The notes: generated by a model from the sequence alone, not told the origin. Numbered from the stretch's first letter, positions 13,629 through 27,421 are shown. The stretch: 64,000 nucleotides of DNA from Eledone cirrhosa (GCA_964016885.1 OZ024743.1:47306001-47370000); one strand, 5' to 3'. Numbers and translations: made by a program.

Positions 13629-13632
<4 letters not shown>
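13278..13632. mobile_element. Fold-back PLE-like remnant: 145-bp-arm palindrome plus one-sided tail, inside (TA)n
   Basis: Centre tcaca|tgtga at 13487/13488; arms 13343-13487 and 13488-13632; same family at 37985-38087 and 9478-9529. Confidence 0.8.
13415..13452 (-). ncRNA. Minimal hammerhead motif with U3-A8 compensatory core (mirror copy 13524-13559 +)
   Basis: CCTT-TTGAAAA-GCAG-AAGAA-CTGC-GAAA-CCGG-TA-AAGG. Confidence 0.65.
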
Positions 13633-13694
<62 letters not shown>

Positions 13695-13749
13695 CACTTT
13701 AGTCTTTATTGTGTTGTATCAGATGAAAGAATGGTATTTAACTAATGTA

Positions 13750-14440
13750 TTGGTACGCGATGGGGCCCACCCACAGCCCCGGCGGACAGAATGGAGAAGG
13801 CGTTTCCCCGAAGGACGACAAGGGAGACGCGCTGGAAAAGCCACTCCAACTCTCGGGGCTCACACCTGCGGCTGGCCAGCTCAGCGCCTATGGTGGTGAG
13901 TAGGGAGGTAGCCCTGGACCCGAGGACACCAGAAGTCTCCACTGCCAGGGGAACGACCGCAAACGTGTGGCTGGCAGATCCAGAGGGAGGCCGAGCCTCG
14001 GGGAAACGCCGATTCGCAGGCTATGTTTGTCTAGCTGCGTGCCAGTGGAGAAGGAGGGCAGGGCAAGAGCCAGGCACCACTGTGGGGTTTGGAGGCCGCA
14101 CGAAAACAAGCAAGGCGGTGCTGGTCGAGCTGGCGCGAGAGCCTGTCTGAGGCCAGGCTGCACTGGATGGCATACCAAGTGCGTGGGGGGGGGGAGCTTG
14201 ACGTCAACAGGGGGAGAAGGAGGGGGGACGTCTACTGGGCTAAGTCCCATTCGGTCCCACGTCTCACAGGCGGCCTTACGTTCTCTGAACACAGAGGGTT
14301 CTGTTGTGTTTTGAAGAACCCTGCTGACGAGGACGCGGCACGAGGGGACCGACGAAAGATACGCCGGCAAAGCTAGTGAGATAGGGGACCGGAGGCCTAG
14401 GCCGCCATACCTGACCGGTAAAGTGGCCTGTTGCCACCCT
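13750..14440 (-). pseudogene. CRE-clade-like non-LTR retrotransposon 3' fragment (post-RT region and restriction-like endonuclease end)
   Basis: WQQATLPVRYGGLGLRS...LALPAYLSS and ETSGVLG...EPRELEWLFQRVSLVVLRGNAFSIL; GC-rich island between (TA)n tracts. Confidence 0.75.
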
Positions 14441-14468
14441 ATGTCGATATATATATATATATATATAT

Positions 14469-14655
14469 AACGAAGGAAATGTGGTAAGGAACCAGGTGGA
14501 CCATAACGCACCAAAGTACTCAATACTTAGGGTAGTAGAGTGGGTAATTGGAGCGAGTAGGACCCCGACGGCTGAGCTCAAGCCGTTTCGACGGCTAATT
14601 CCAGAATTAACCGTCGAAACGGCTTGAACTCAGCCGTCGGGGTCCTACTCGTTCC
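14469..14655. mobile_element. Fold-back remnant carrying only the 3' half of a hammerhead
   Basis: Hairpin 14550-14655; GAAA-CGGC-ttgagctca-GCCG-TC; same family at 24110-24273 and 9368-9435. Confidence 0.7.
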
Positions 14656-14695
<40 letters not shown>

Positions 14696-14736
14696 GGAAA
14701 ACGAATTATCAGTGATGCATCGGAACACAATTTATT

Positions 14737-14829
14737 ACGTATTACAATTGTTTCTCCGGCGAACAGCTCGAGGTGCGATCTATTTGTGGATTGAACCTGA
14801 CTCTGGATTCGCAAGTTACTCAGATACGT
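14737..14829 (-). ncRNA. Long-stem-II hammerhead, core mutated to CTGAGTA
   Basis: ACGTAT-CTGAGTA-...-GAAA-CAATTG-TA-ATACGT; homologue of 37462-37554; inverted arms 14692-14722 and 14868-14900. Confidence 0.55.
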
Positions 14830-14978
14830 CTAGTGATTTCGAAGCAAATTCTCTTTCTGCGTTTCGATCGATGCATCACTGATTCTTCGTTTTCCATAAT
14901 AATATTATACTCTGCTTCGAAGGGGCATAGAGTGCTCATCCGGCATACCGCCTATGGACGCATCCAAGCAACCTTAAT

Positions 14979-15059
<81 letters not shown>

Positions 15060-15753
15060 TTTAGACATGCACGCACGCGCCTATATATATAAAAGATCAT
15101 AGTAAAATCCTTGTGTAAGTAATTATAAATTTGTATCGCTTCTTTTTGTTGGCGAGAAAATCGACGTATCAAGATGTTCTTTACAGATAAATTCTATCGT
15201 ATATAAGTTATAAAAATATAAAATTTAAAATTGCACAAAAATATTTTTAAGGAGTTTGTATGTATATATGTGTACATGTTCTAATAAACATATATGTGTT
15301 AAATAGAATATAACGGGGATAGGTTTTGACCTGTATTAGCCCAGGCAATGTCTAAGTAGCATCACTGAGTAAAGTATTTTAGGTCACATTTCATATTTAA
15401 GACACCATATCCCATTCGAATGAATTCTTGGCCGAAACATATCCGGGTGTCAATGGTTTATCTGGTACACTTTAGATGGTTTTGATCAGAGTTTGTTTGA
15501 AGGTTTTAAGATCTGTTTTTCTTTCTTTTTTTTTAACTGGTTCGATATAATGTTGAAGAGATCCAGTAGGGAGTGTATGGCAAGGGGTCAAGCCTTAGAG
15601 TGATTGTTAAATATGATGCCCTCATCATTTTAGCGACGTTGATGGAATATCGTTCACATCGTACAAATGATGTGAACGGTGGCGTTGGAGAGGATAGAAT
15701 TTGAGTTTTCCGAGACAATCCCAGTAATCAAAGCCTGTCATTCCATTTTTTTT

Positions 15754-15820
<67 letters not shown>

Positions 15821-15838
15821 GTATTATTATTACTATAA

Positions 15839-16510
15839 GGGACGGTGGACTGGCAGTATCGGTAGAGAGTCGGACGCCATGCCTTGCAGCAAAGAGTTAC
15901 GGCCCTTTATGGTTTGAGTTCAAATCCGCCGAGGTTAACTTTGCTTTCATCCTTACGGGGTCGATAAAATAAAGTACCAGTAATACACCGGGATAATTGC
16001 TGGCCTTGTGCCAAAAGTAGAAACAATTATTACTATTACTATAAGGGCGATCGGTTGACAGAATCGTTAGAGCGTCAGACTACATGCTATACAGCATATA
16101 GTTACGGCCCTTTACGTTCTAATTTCAAATCCTGCAGAAGTTAGCTTTGCCTTTCCTACTTCTAAAAAAAGTACCAATAATACACTGGGTCGATTTAATC
16201 GACTTCGACCACCACCCACCAACCATCCCCCCAAAAATTATTGTTGATGTTACTGTTATTGTTGTCGTTGTTATTATTGGTATGTAATTAAGGGCGGTGG
16301 ATTGGCAGTATCGGTAGAGGGTCGGACGCCATGCTTTGCAGCATAGAGTTACGTCCCTTTATGATCTGAGTTCAAATCCCGCCAAGGTTAACTTTGCCTT
16401 TCATCCTTACGGGGTCGATAAAATAAAGTACCAGTCACGCACTGGGGTCGATTTAATTGACTTTCACCTCCCCCCAAAATTGCTGGCCTTGTGCCTATAT
16501 AAGAAACCAT
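15839..16510 (+). mobile_element. Cluster of three head-to-tail SINE family A copies
   Basis: Copies at ~15839-16030, 16045-16230 and 16291-16510. Confidence 0.9.
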
Positions 16511-17519
16511 TATTTGTATGTAATTAACCTCTTGAACGCTTCAATATTCAAAATACTTTGTTTCGTACGGGGAAACCAACGTGGTCAACTATTCAAAATG
16601 AAACCGGAAAATAATAGAAAAACGAAGGATGGTAACATCTGGATCCCTAGATCAGAAAGTTCTTAGGATCCTATGTGTCAAGTCAACTTTATTGTTGATA
16701 TGTGAGCTCAAGCTTCAGTGGTTTCGCCTAAATCTGTTGATATATGATAAGAAATATGGATGTTTAAATACATCTTCTTTCCCAAAGTAGATTAGCTGAA
16801 ATTGTTCCTCGTATAGCAACTCATTGTTGTTTCCCAGCCATTCACAGCGTGTAAACAAGATTGGGAGCCTGACCGGTCTCTTACTCCTTTGATAACCTTA
16901 TGCAGCTTAGATTTGTCTGCAAGAAAAGTGTTATCTTTGATGACATCCATCACAACCACCATCACCACCAGCCTCACGATCATCGAAGCACCATCAGCAT
17001 CGCCATCATAATTTCCCCAACTACCACCAGTACCACTATACCTATCGCTACAACCACAACAACCTAGACCACTCCTCCACCAGTACCTCTATTCCCACCA
17101 CCACAACCATCATCACTACAATGATAGCAACCACCATCACAACCCCCACCAGCATCACGATCACCACCACCACCGCCACCACGAGTACCACTATCACCAC
17201 AATCTCCATTACAACCCCCACCACCATCACCACCACCACCACTACCACCACCAAAACCACCACCACAACCACCACCAACGCCACCACGAGTACCACTATC
17301 TCCATTACCACCAAACCACCCCACCCTTCTATCGCTATTGTTCTTCGTATGAAAAAGACCACAATAGGTAGTATGTCAGACAGTCTAGTGCTATATTAAC
17401 CCGTTCGAAATGTGACCCAGATAAAGTGTCGGCTTTCTTCGCTTAACATTAGACTTTACCGATAAATAAAACTGTTTTCCGAGAAAGCAGACTTCCCCAC
17501 ATTTCCCCTCCCACTCCCC

Positions 17520-17717
17520 TGGATTTCTGATGCTTCATACCTGTCCGTAACCTCTCGGTTCCCTCCGTTGGATTTCTGATGCTTCATACTTGTTCGTAAC
17601 CTCTCGGTTTCCTCCGTTGGATTTCTGATGCTTCATACCTGTTCGTAACCTCTCGGTTCCCTCCGCTGGATTTCTGATGCTTCATACCTGTTCGTAACCT
17701 CTCGGTTCCCTCCGTTG
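17520..17717. repeat. 49-bp minisatellite, 4 copies
   Basis: ggatttctgatgcttcatacctgttcgtaacctctcggttccctccgtt at 17521, 17570, 17619, 17668. Confidence 0.9.
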
Positions 17718-17779
17718 TGAATTCTAAACCAATCGAGGTTAACTTTGCCTTTCATCAATAAAATTGTGTGACAGTCCAG

Positions 17780-18253
17780 CGAGGTGGGTAAGCGGAAATA
17801 TTTGAACGTCGGATATGATGTCTTGCAGTATTTGTTCTGGAGTTTTATTTTCTGAGTTTGAATCCCACTGAGTTTAACTTTGTCCTTCCGTCGAATTAGA
17901 TGCCATACGGTATTTGTTCTGGTTCTTTACGTTCCTGAGTTCAAATCCCGCAGGGTTTAACTTTGTCCTTCCGTCGAATTAGATACCATGCGGTATTTGT
18001 TCTGGTTCTTTACGTTCCTGAGTTCAAATCCCGCAGGGTTTAACTTTGTCCTTCCGTCGAATTAGATACCATGCGGTATTTGTTCTGGTTCTTTACGTTC
18101 CTGAGTTCAAATCCCGCAGGGTTTAACTTTGTCCTTCCGTCGAATTAGATACCATGCGGTATTTGTTCTGGTTCTTTACGTTTCTGAGTTCAAATCCCGC
18201 AGGGTTTAACTTTTCCCGTCGTAATTTTGGGGTCGAGAAAATAAAGTACCAGT
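17780..18253 (+). repeat. SINE with internal 83-bp B-box segment tandemly amplified (~4-5 copies)
   Basis: Unit starts at 17881, 17964, 18047, 18130, each with GAGTTCAAATCCC; ends in SINE central domain ggggtcgagaaaataaagtaccag. Confidence 0.85.
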
Positions 18254-19282
18254 TCAGAGCGTTGAGTTAGCAGGATTGTTAAAGCATCGGAAGAGAAACC
18301 TTGCCTCGTTTGTTCCGGCTCTTTGCGCTCTGTGGCCTTCGTGGGTGGTACACTAAATAATTTCTTTCATCATCGCTATCTTCACTACCACTATCACCAT
18401 CATCATCATCGTCAGCATCATCAACTAGAAGTACCATCATCATCATTATCACACTTAACATCTCCATCACATAAATCATCGTCATCATCATCATCATCAT
18501 CAACATCGTCGTCGACTATCACCACCACCACCACTACCACCACCACTACCACTACCATCATCACCACTACCACTATCACTACCACTACCACTATCACCAC
18601 CACTACCACCACCACCACCACCACCACTATCACCACCACCACCACCACCACCACCATTAACAGTACAACAATATTCACGGGGTTCTTTACGTCTTCCCCC
18701 AGACTATTAAATCAACCGTGCTGTCACCCAACCATGGCTAACAGCTACACAGTGTTGATTTCTGGCAAATATAATAAATAAGACGGTAAATGGCTGCCCC
18801 CTCGTTATCGAGTATGGCCATTGTGCGATATAACATTATTAATAATTATTTATTAATTCTATCGTGCAATGCCTGTGTGTGAAGATATTTTTTAAAGTGA
18901 GGAAAGAATGTGCACTGAGCCAATCCCACTCTCTGAGCGACAGTAGCTATAACCCGAAAAGAAGAAAAGATCAACATCATCGGTAACTACTGAGCCGCAG
19001 GTTTTATGTCGGAGTTATCCCAGTTTCCTGAGTTGCCTTCTCCTAGAAGAGTGCCCTGACAAAGGCTAGGGGCCCTTCACTCCCAGTGGTTTAACTGCAC
19101 GATCGGGTATCCAGCCCGACTATTTCTATGTCCCCGCGCATATACATACACATGCACATACACATATACATATATACACATATGTACATGTATATCTACC
19201 TATTTACACATCTTTTGATGGCCGTTGACTCTTATGAGTTCTTCCGCTCTTTGTCAGGTTTTGTTTTTTAGACAGAGATGTT

Positions 19283-19317
<35 letters not shown>

Positions 19318-20996
19318 CAGTTACGTTTGCAACCTTCCAGAACCTTAAAGGAGCCCAGGGACGTGTTGGTTAGGGTAAAAAATGAAGACAGTATCTGTAA
19401 AAAAAAGTGAAAGGACCCTTAACTCATAATGGAGTCGTAGGAATGTTATCCAGGAACATGGCGTGTCTGGCGCAACTTAAACCTGACGGAGCCCGTCCTC
19501 ACCAGGTTGGAACCGCCGATTTCTTCAAGAGAAAGAGAGAAGGGAAAGAGAATGATAAAAAAGGGATAGAGGAAGAATCAATCCCAGCATTGGACTAGTA
19601 CTTTATTTATTAACCTACTGGTAATATATAACCCAGTGCAACCTGTCACGTGGTTGGGTCGTTGGCAATTAAACTGGCAACTTCACCAAGCTTACTTGGT
19701 GAGAAAAGAGATTTGGGGACATATTGCAGGATGAAAAACAAAATCCGTGAAAGTCTGTCTAGGAGAAAGTTCACTGTGATTTCAAAACCGAGGTAAATGG
19801 GACTCGTTAGTCACCATGATGACAATCTTTCAAGTGACCCACGGCCTCATCTTTGTGATGAAGGCAGGCGAGCTGCTGTTCGGTTACCAACTTCCGAGTA
19901 ATAGTCGGTATCACTGTTTTCCTCGAGTAATAGTCGGTATCAGTTTTCCCCGATGAGAATTATAGACAAACAGCATCATATAGATTAACATTTGTGCTAT
20001 TGTTCATGGTTTCCGACCCTCAATAGACCAAAATTGGATGAAAGATAAAGTCGACGCCTGTGGGATTTGAACTCAGAACACCAGAATAAATACCAAGTCA
20101 TTTTTAATATAACGCCCCAACGGCTCTGCCAATTCACCGCTTTAGACGGTGTTTAACCAGAATAAAATGTTAATTATTAAATATAAACAGTAAATATAAA
20201 CTTATTCTACATTACTATCTGACGGTGGACGCAGCAAAGTTGAATGGTTAGGAAGTTTGCATCGCAATCATAAGGTCTCGGGTTCTTAGGCGAATGCCAC
20301 CATAGCCTCGGATTGACACATGTTTTGTGAATGAAATAGGGAAGACGGAAAGTATTTGGAAGACCATTTGATGACTGTATCTGTAATTCAAAGAGTCAAC
20401 CTTGTCATACTATATCATCCTGAATCTCTTCAAGAATTACCTGAAGGATACATATGTTTTTGAAACGTTCAGTCACACGTTAATTTCAAAAGTAGGCTGT
20501 TCAGTTGATAAAAAAAAACTGGAACACTCATCGACGAAACCAACGGAGGTCCATTCTATACAACAGATATATGACAACCAGATATGTATACGATATTTCA
20601 GAGCCAATAATGCATTAAATATGGTTTCATGCAGACAGACTGATTACTGACTTTCATTTTGTCTTACAACTTGTGTGGGCTAGCTTCTGGCAGTAGAGAT
20701 AATTTTAGAAACATATTTATTTCATGTGATAAAACTTCCTGTATAAGATAGTAATAGGGAATATATATCATATATACGTACGGCCTTCATTATTGAGGCG
20801 GTGGAAGGGATTTCGTTCTATTTTTATGAGATCGATCAGCAGAAGGTCTTAATAGGAGAAGCAGGCCCTCATCTAGTTTATATTATATCTAGTTCTCTTA
20901 AACCCTACCAAGTCAGACATTATCAAAAATGTTCTAGCCATCACCATTGTGTGTGTGTGTGTGTGTGCGCGCGCGCGCGCGTGCGTGCGCGCGCGC

Positions 20997-21040
<44 letters not shown>

Positions 21041-21193
21041 GTGAAAATATAAGTGATTGAATATGAGATCTCTGGGTGCATCAGCCCTTTTCAAAATGTA
21101 ATATATAAAATATTATATACAATGGGGAAATGAAAAGTGGGCCATTACAAAGGTTGATCATTGTTATATAGCAATTGTTGGGAAATCATTCAC

Positions 21194-21285
21194 CTGGATC
21201 CTTCTTAACTGATTCATTACCAACATAACCCAAGAGGTTATAATTGCTTATATTGGCTGGCATATAGAGACGCATAATATTTTTG
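21194..21285 (-). CDS. Candidate internal exon of an unidentified host gene (KNIMRLYMPANISNYNLLGYVGNESVKKDP)
   Basis: Acceptor ttcccctcctccag|, open 92-nt frame, donor CAG|gtgaat; no homology recognised. Confidence 0.3.
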
Positions 21286-21324
21286 CTGGAGGAGGGGAAA
21301 TAGTTCATTATATTGAGCCAAATA

Positions 21325-21882
21325 AGGCGGTGGATTGGCAGTATCGGTAGAGAGACGGACGCCATGCTTTGCAGCAAAGAGTTACGGCCCTGTATGGTCT
21401 GAGTTCAAACCCCGTCGAGGTTAACTTTGCCTTTCATCCTTACGGGGTCGATAAAAATAAAGTACCAGTAATACACTGGAATAATTGCTGGCCTTGTGCC
21501 AAAAGTAGAAGCAATTATATTGAGCCAAATATTTACTCTATATTTTATCGATCCCAGAAGTCTAGAAGGCAAAATTAACCACGACGCAATTTGAACTCAG
21601 AGTGTAATGAAGTATAATAAATATCGTAAAGCATTCTCACCGATGCTCTAACGGTTCTGCTAATCCACCGCCCTGAGATAGTTCAAGAAATAATTGTTTC
21701 TACTTTTGACACAAGGCCAGCAATTATCCCAGTGTATTACTGGTACTTTATTTTATCGATCCCGTAAGGATGAAAGGCAAAGTTGACTTCGACGGGGTTT
21801 GAACTCAGACTATAAAGGGCCGTAACAGTTTGCTGCAAAGCATGGCGTCCGACCCTCTACCGATACTGCCAATCCACCGCCC
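21325..21882. mobile_element. Three SINE family A copies in opposing orientations
   Basis: 21325-21517 (+, TSD ATTATATTGAGCCAAATA), 21535-21673 (-, old), 21692-21882 (-, TSD CAAGAAATAAT). Confidence 0.9.
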
Positions 21883-22455
21883 TAGCTCAAGAAATAATAC
21901 CAAGCTCAAGAAATAATACTTAGCTTAAGAAATAATACCAAGTTCAAGAAATAATACTTAGCTCAAGAAATAATACCAAAAACACAGTAGGATTTTCAAT
22001 AACATAGTAGCACAGAAGACAGAGGCAAGACTATCTACATGGGCTTTTGAATAATGTCCGGTTGGCCGCTAGGGTAGGAAATAAAACAAACTTTGTAAAA
22101 AATATCACGGAAACCTTAAGTCATATCCATTGAACAAAGATTGAAACGAGAATAGGACGCGTCGTAGCTGAACAGTACAAAAACAGACCTTAGTTAATAT
22201 AGTTCGGATGTTCGGGCCGGGTCTAAGACCCAGTCTGCTTCTGGTAGACATGATTTCCAGCCTCCCACAACCCCGAGAGAAATGCACAGAATAGGATCAG
22301 TATCATCTACGCGGTATTTATCTTGAGCAATTTACATTGTATTCTATTTGTCGTTATAAAGACACTGCCAATTCACTGACTTATACATATATATATTCAT
22401 CCATTCATGGATGAATATATATGTATAAGTCATATATATATATATTTATTTATAT

Positions 22456-23066
22456 ATATATTTTCTTTAGGTTGTTTTGGAAGCCTCAACAATGCAGATG
22501 GGTAATTCTCCGGGTAACAAGATCCGGTGGTGAAGAGAGAGATGTAAGTGAATGTAGTATGAGATGTATAGTGTGTAGAAGAACGTAGAAAAGAGCATAA
22601 AAAATAAAAATAACACGAGATAGAGTTACCTTGGGAGAGATTTAATTGTCCCTATATATTTCGGATTCACATCCATCAACTGGGGTTTTTTTCCGGGGGG
22701 GGTTATCTGTCGGAAAGATGCGAAACGTGTCCTCCGCTGTTCAACGTGTCCTCAGATATTCAAAACAACGAACAGGGGAGGACACGTTTCGCACCTTTCC
22801 GACAGATAACCTTCCCCCATCCCCCGGAAAACCCCCCAGTTGATGGATGTGAATCCGAAATATATAGGGACAATTAAATCTCCCCCAGGGTAACTCTATC
22901 TCGTGTTATTATTTTTATATTTTACGTTCTTTCCTACGTTCTTCTACGCACTATACATCTCATTCTACATTCACTTACATCTCTCTCTTCACCACCGGAT
23001 CTTGTTACCCGGGGAATTACCCATCTGCATTGTTGAGGCTTCCAAAACCACCTAAAGAAAATATAT
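22456..23066. repeat. ~610-bp palindrome (arms ~290 bp, ~27-nt spacer) in (TA)n context; probable fold-back PLE remnant
   Basis: 22456-22742 is the reverse complement of 22770-23066 with scattered mismatches. Confidence 0.85.
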
Positions 23067-23106
23067 CTTATTATTCCAGAATGCTTCAAGCAAACTTCAA
23101 TACTCT

Positions 23107-23221
<115 letters not shown>

Positions 23222-23229
23222 GGGAGTCT

Positions 23230-23830
23230 GTGGGAAAAGGTTTGCTGAAACACGAGCCGAAAGCGCTTGGCACCGCGGTTGGGCTTTTATATATCTATCT
23301 ACCAGTCAATCTATCTATATCGCCACCCTCCTTCAAAAACGAAGGAGTGGCGGTTTTCCTTTGTGTGGTAGCTATGGCGAAAGAGGTTGTATGGTGGACA
23401 AGGTTGAAAGGGCTGAGGTCATACACCTTTCTCTCCGGCCAACAACTGATTCTTTTTTTCAAATACCACTTTGGAAGAAGAATCAGGATGGAGAGAGAGG
23501 TGCTGTACCCCAGCAAGTTTTATGAAAGGTGGGTGAAAGTGGCGAGAATGGCCCGAGTGAATGGGCCTTCTCTCCATATCAGCCTGTAGGTTGAGGAAAA
23601 GAAGGAGGAGAGGAAAGGAGTACAAACTCTTCGTACTCCTGGAGATGAGGGTTGCACATTTTTTTTCGGGGGTATGTGTTACCCATATAAACTGTCTCCC
23701 TCTATTGGGGAAAATCGACTAATTTTTTAAATTCCATTTGTGATAACATTTTACACGTTTTTATTGTATGTAAACTTCCCCCTTTGTATTTGTCCCCTTC
23801 TTTTGTGCCCCTGTGGCTAATAAAGAAATA
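23230..23830 (+). pseudogene. Tx1/L1-like LINE 3' end with 3' UTR, ending at (TATC)n
   Basis: VFLCVVAMAKEVVWWTRLKG...FFKYH..RRIRMER...FYERW; UTR ends ...gtggctAATAAAgaaata then tctatcta. Confidence 0.55.
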
Positions 23831-23918
23831 AATCTATCTATATCGCCATCTATCTATCAATCTTTCTCTCTCTTTCTCCTCCCTCGCTCTCTCTCCCTTT
23901 CTCCCCCCCCCCTCTCTA

Positions 23919-24104
<186 letters not shown>

Positions 24105-24187
24105 AATATAACGAAGGAATTGTGGCAAGGAACCAGATGGACCATAACGCACCAGAGTACTCAATACTTAGGGTAGTAGAGTGGGTA

Positions 24188-24273
24188 ATAGGAAAAAGTA
24201 TGACCCCGACGGCAGAGCTCAAGCCGTTTCGAAACGGCTTGAGCTCTGCCGTCGGGGTCATACTTTTTCCTAT
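24188..24273. repeat. Perfect 86-bp palindrome centred on hammerhead GAAA
   Basis: ...aagccgtttc|gaaacggctt..., 43-bp arms, no spacer. Confidence 0.9.
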
Positions 24274-24279
24274 ATATAA

Positions 24280-24350
<71 letters not shown>

Positions 24351-24364
24351 CGTGTGTGTGTATG

Positions 24365-24414
<50 letters not shown>

Positions 24415-24731
24415 TACATATATTCAGATATATTTGCTTCTACTTATCAGTGTCTATACGTATAAATATTATTATATAAAGCAGGGCAGTATGACCCGGG
24501 CGTCAAATAACCTCCACCCCTACCTTTGTCAAATGTACGTTAGTAACTCGGGTGTAGAAACTATCAACCGAAGATCTACAGATGGCAATTACTGCTTCTT
24601 ACTGACAAATAGTGTTGCTTATATGGAGTTAGTATTGGAGTCATGATGAAGATAGCTGATATTAGTGCTACTATGATTTCCTATCTATTAGGTAATTATG
24701 TCGTTACAGAAACACTACATGTATAAGTATT

Positions 24732-24908
24732 ATTGTTTCTACTTTTGGCACAAGGCCAGCAATTACCTAGTACATTACTGGTACTTTATTTTATCGACCC
24801 CTTAAGGATGAAAGGCAAAGTTAACCTCGATGGGATTTGAACTCAGACCGTAAAGGAACATAACTATGTTGGAAAGCATGGCGTCCGACCCTCTACCGAT
24901 ACTGCCAA
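24732..24908 (-). mobile_element. SINE family A copy
   Basis: Reverse-complement SINE body. Confidence 0.9.
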
Positions 24909-25247
24909 GATTGATCCTCCGTCTGTTTCAACGATGAGCATTCAGTTGTTAGTGAATTAACTTGTAAGTGGTTGAGTATTCCACACGTACCCTTAACACA
25001 ATACACAAGACGAATCAGCGTGACACAGTATGTGAAAAGGTTGGATCATTGAATTACAGGTACAATCCACCCACTTTCCGCTAATTTCACTCATTAGTCT
25101 TAGGTCGACTCAGGGCTATAGTAAAGACATCTTGCATTCCATGCAGAGAGATCCAACTCGAGACCTCATGATTCCGAAACTTCTTAACCACTTGGTTATG
25201 TAAGTACACAATGGTTAATTTATAAATACAGAGAATCACGAACCAAA

Positions 25248-25432
25248 TAATTGTTTCTACTTTTGGCACAAGGCAAGCAATTATATCAGTACATTACTGG
25301 TACTTTATTTTATCGACCCCGTAAGGATGAAAGGCAAAGTTAACCTCGGCGGGATTTGAACTCAGATCATAAAGGGAGGTAACTCTATGCTTCAAAGCAT
25401 GGCGTCCGACCCTCTAACGATACTTCCAATCC
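25248..25432 (-). mobile_element. SINE family A copy with TSD GAACCAAATAAT
   Basis: Reverse-complement SINE body with flanking duplication. Confidence 0.9.
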
Positions 25433-25639
25433 GAACCAAATAATGTTACGCTACGTGGACACTCGAAGTGCTAAACATAGTCGGTCGTGAAGGAGCAGAC
25501 AGACAGATATAACACCTTAGTTATATATACGCAATGAGAGGTGAATAGATAGGATGTTCATCAGTGGAGTGTCGTTTATGGTAGCTCAGGTTGTTCCGTT
25601 TAACGAGCACTGAAACATTCGTCGTCGAAAGCGTCAAAG

Positions 25640-26455
25640 ATTTCAAACCATAATTACCTCCTCTTTATCACATCACTAATACATCTGGTATAAACTGAAG
25701 GCCACACAACTGTAACACCGATTTCCAACCATAATTACCTCCTCTTTATCACATCACTAATACATCTGGTATAAACTGAAGACCACACAACTGTAACACC
25801 GACTTCCAACCATAATTACCTCCTCTTTATCACATCACTAATACATCTGGTATAAACTGAAGACCACACAACTGTAACACCGACTTCCAACCATAATTAC
25901 CTCCTCTTTATCACATCACTAATACATCTGGTATAAACTGAAGACCACACAACTGTAACACCGACTTCCAACCATAATTACCTCCTCTTTATCACATCAC
26001 TAATACATCTGGTATAAACTGAAGACCACACAACTGTAACACCGACTTCCAACCATAATTACCTCCTCTTTATCACATCACTAATACATCTGGTATAAAC
26101 TGAAGACCACACAACTGTAACACCGACTTCCAACCATAATTACCTCCTCTTTATCACATCACTAATACATCTGGTATAAACTGAAGACCACACAACTGTA
26201 ACACCGACTTCCAACCATAATTACCTCCTCTTTATCACATCACTAATACATCTGGTATAAACTGAAGACCACACAACTGTAACACCGATTTCCAACCATA
26301 ATTACCTCCTCTTTATCACATCACTAATACATCTGGTATAAACTGAAGACCACACAACTGTAACACCGATTTCCAACCAGAATTACCTCCTCTTTATCAC
26401 ATCACTAATACATCTGGTATAAACTGAAGACCACACAACTGTAACACCGACTTCC
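25640..26455. repeat. 81-bp tandem repeat, ~10 near-identical copies
   Basis: ttccaaccataattacctcctctttatcacatcactaatacatctggtataaactgaagaccacacaactgtaacaccgac. Confidence 0.95.
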
Positions 26456-26776
26456 ACCCGGTAGAAACAATAGTTTATAACTTTGCCTATTCTATTCCAT
26501 CCAACAGTTGCAGATAGCTACAAAATACCTGCAAAACAGAAAGGATCATGAATCCTTCCACCCCTCCAAATCTGGGCCCCCAAATACCGCTTGTAGCACA
26601 TCTCTATGGAAGATATTACAAATCTGACCAACAATTGCATGGCTACTACTTTATGAGGCTTGATGTTGGTGTTAAAACAATATACTACAGTGTCATCAAT
26701 AGGAAAGACTGCTGTTAGATAAATACAAAAGATATTTCTGTTATGGAATACAGACAAACATCAACATTAGGAGTAT

Positions 26777-26876
26777 TGGTGGGACATTGGTGGGACATTG
26801 GTGGGACATTGGTGGGACATTGGTGGGACATTGGTGGGACATTGGTGGGACGTTGGTGGGACATTGGTGGGACATT
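26777..26876. repeat. 12-bp tandem repeat, ~8 copies
   Basis: (tggtgggacat t)n. Confidence 0.9.
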
Positions 26877-26912
26877 CCCATCAAAACTATTCTTATCAAT
26901 ATATATATGTAT

Positions 26913-26949
<37 letters not shown>

Positions 26950-26954
26950 ATTAC

Positions 26955-26989
<35 letters not shown>

Positions 26990-27303
26990 AAGGATCGTTC
27001 GACTTTCATCAGATCGAACCGAGGAAACAATGTTTCCGTTTGTCTTTCCAGTTGCTAGTACTATCTATCGGTCATCGTCATCACCATCACCATCACCATC
27101 ACCATCACCATCATCACCACCATCATCATCATCACCCTGACCGCCTTCCAAGTAGAAGGAGCAACGTGAAATAAAGTGTCTTGCTCAAGGTCATAACGCA
27201 TCGCCCGGTCCAGGAATATATATACATATATACATATAACACACACGCATATATATTTTTTTTTCCTGGGCAATAAAGACTAAATCAACGATATTTGTGT
27301 GTG

Positions 27304-27421
<118 letters not shown>

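Noticed and set aside
19615-19690. Possible HDV-like ribozyme in a repeat shared with 28615-28700
   Set aside because: P2/P3-like pairings (CCAGT/ACTGG, ACC/GGT) are visible, but P1, P1.1 and P4 could not be assigned
25640-26455. CRISPR-like array or tandem hammerhead satellite (unit contains CTGAAGA)
   Set aside because: No unique spacers, and no GAAA or three-stem fold in the unit
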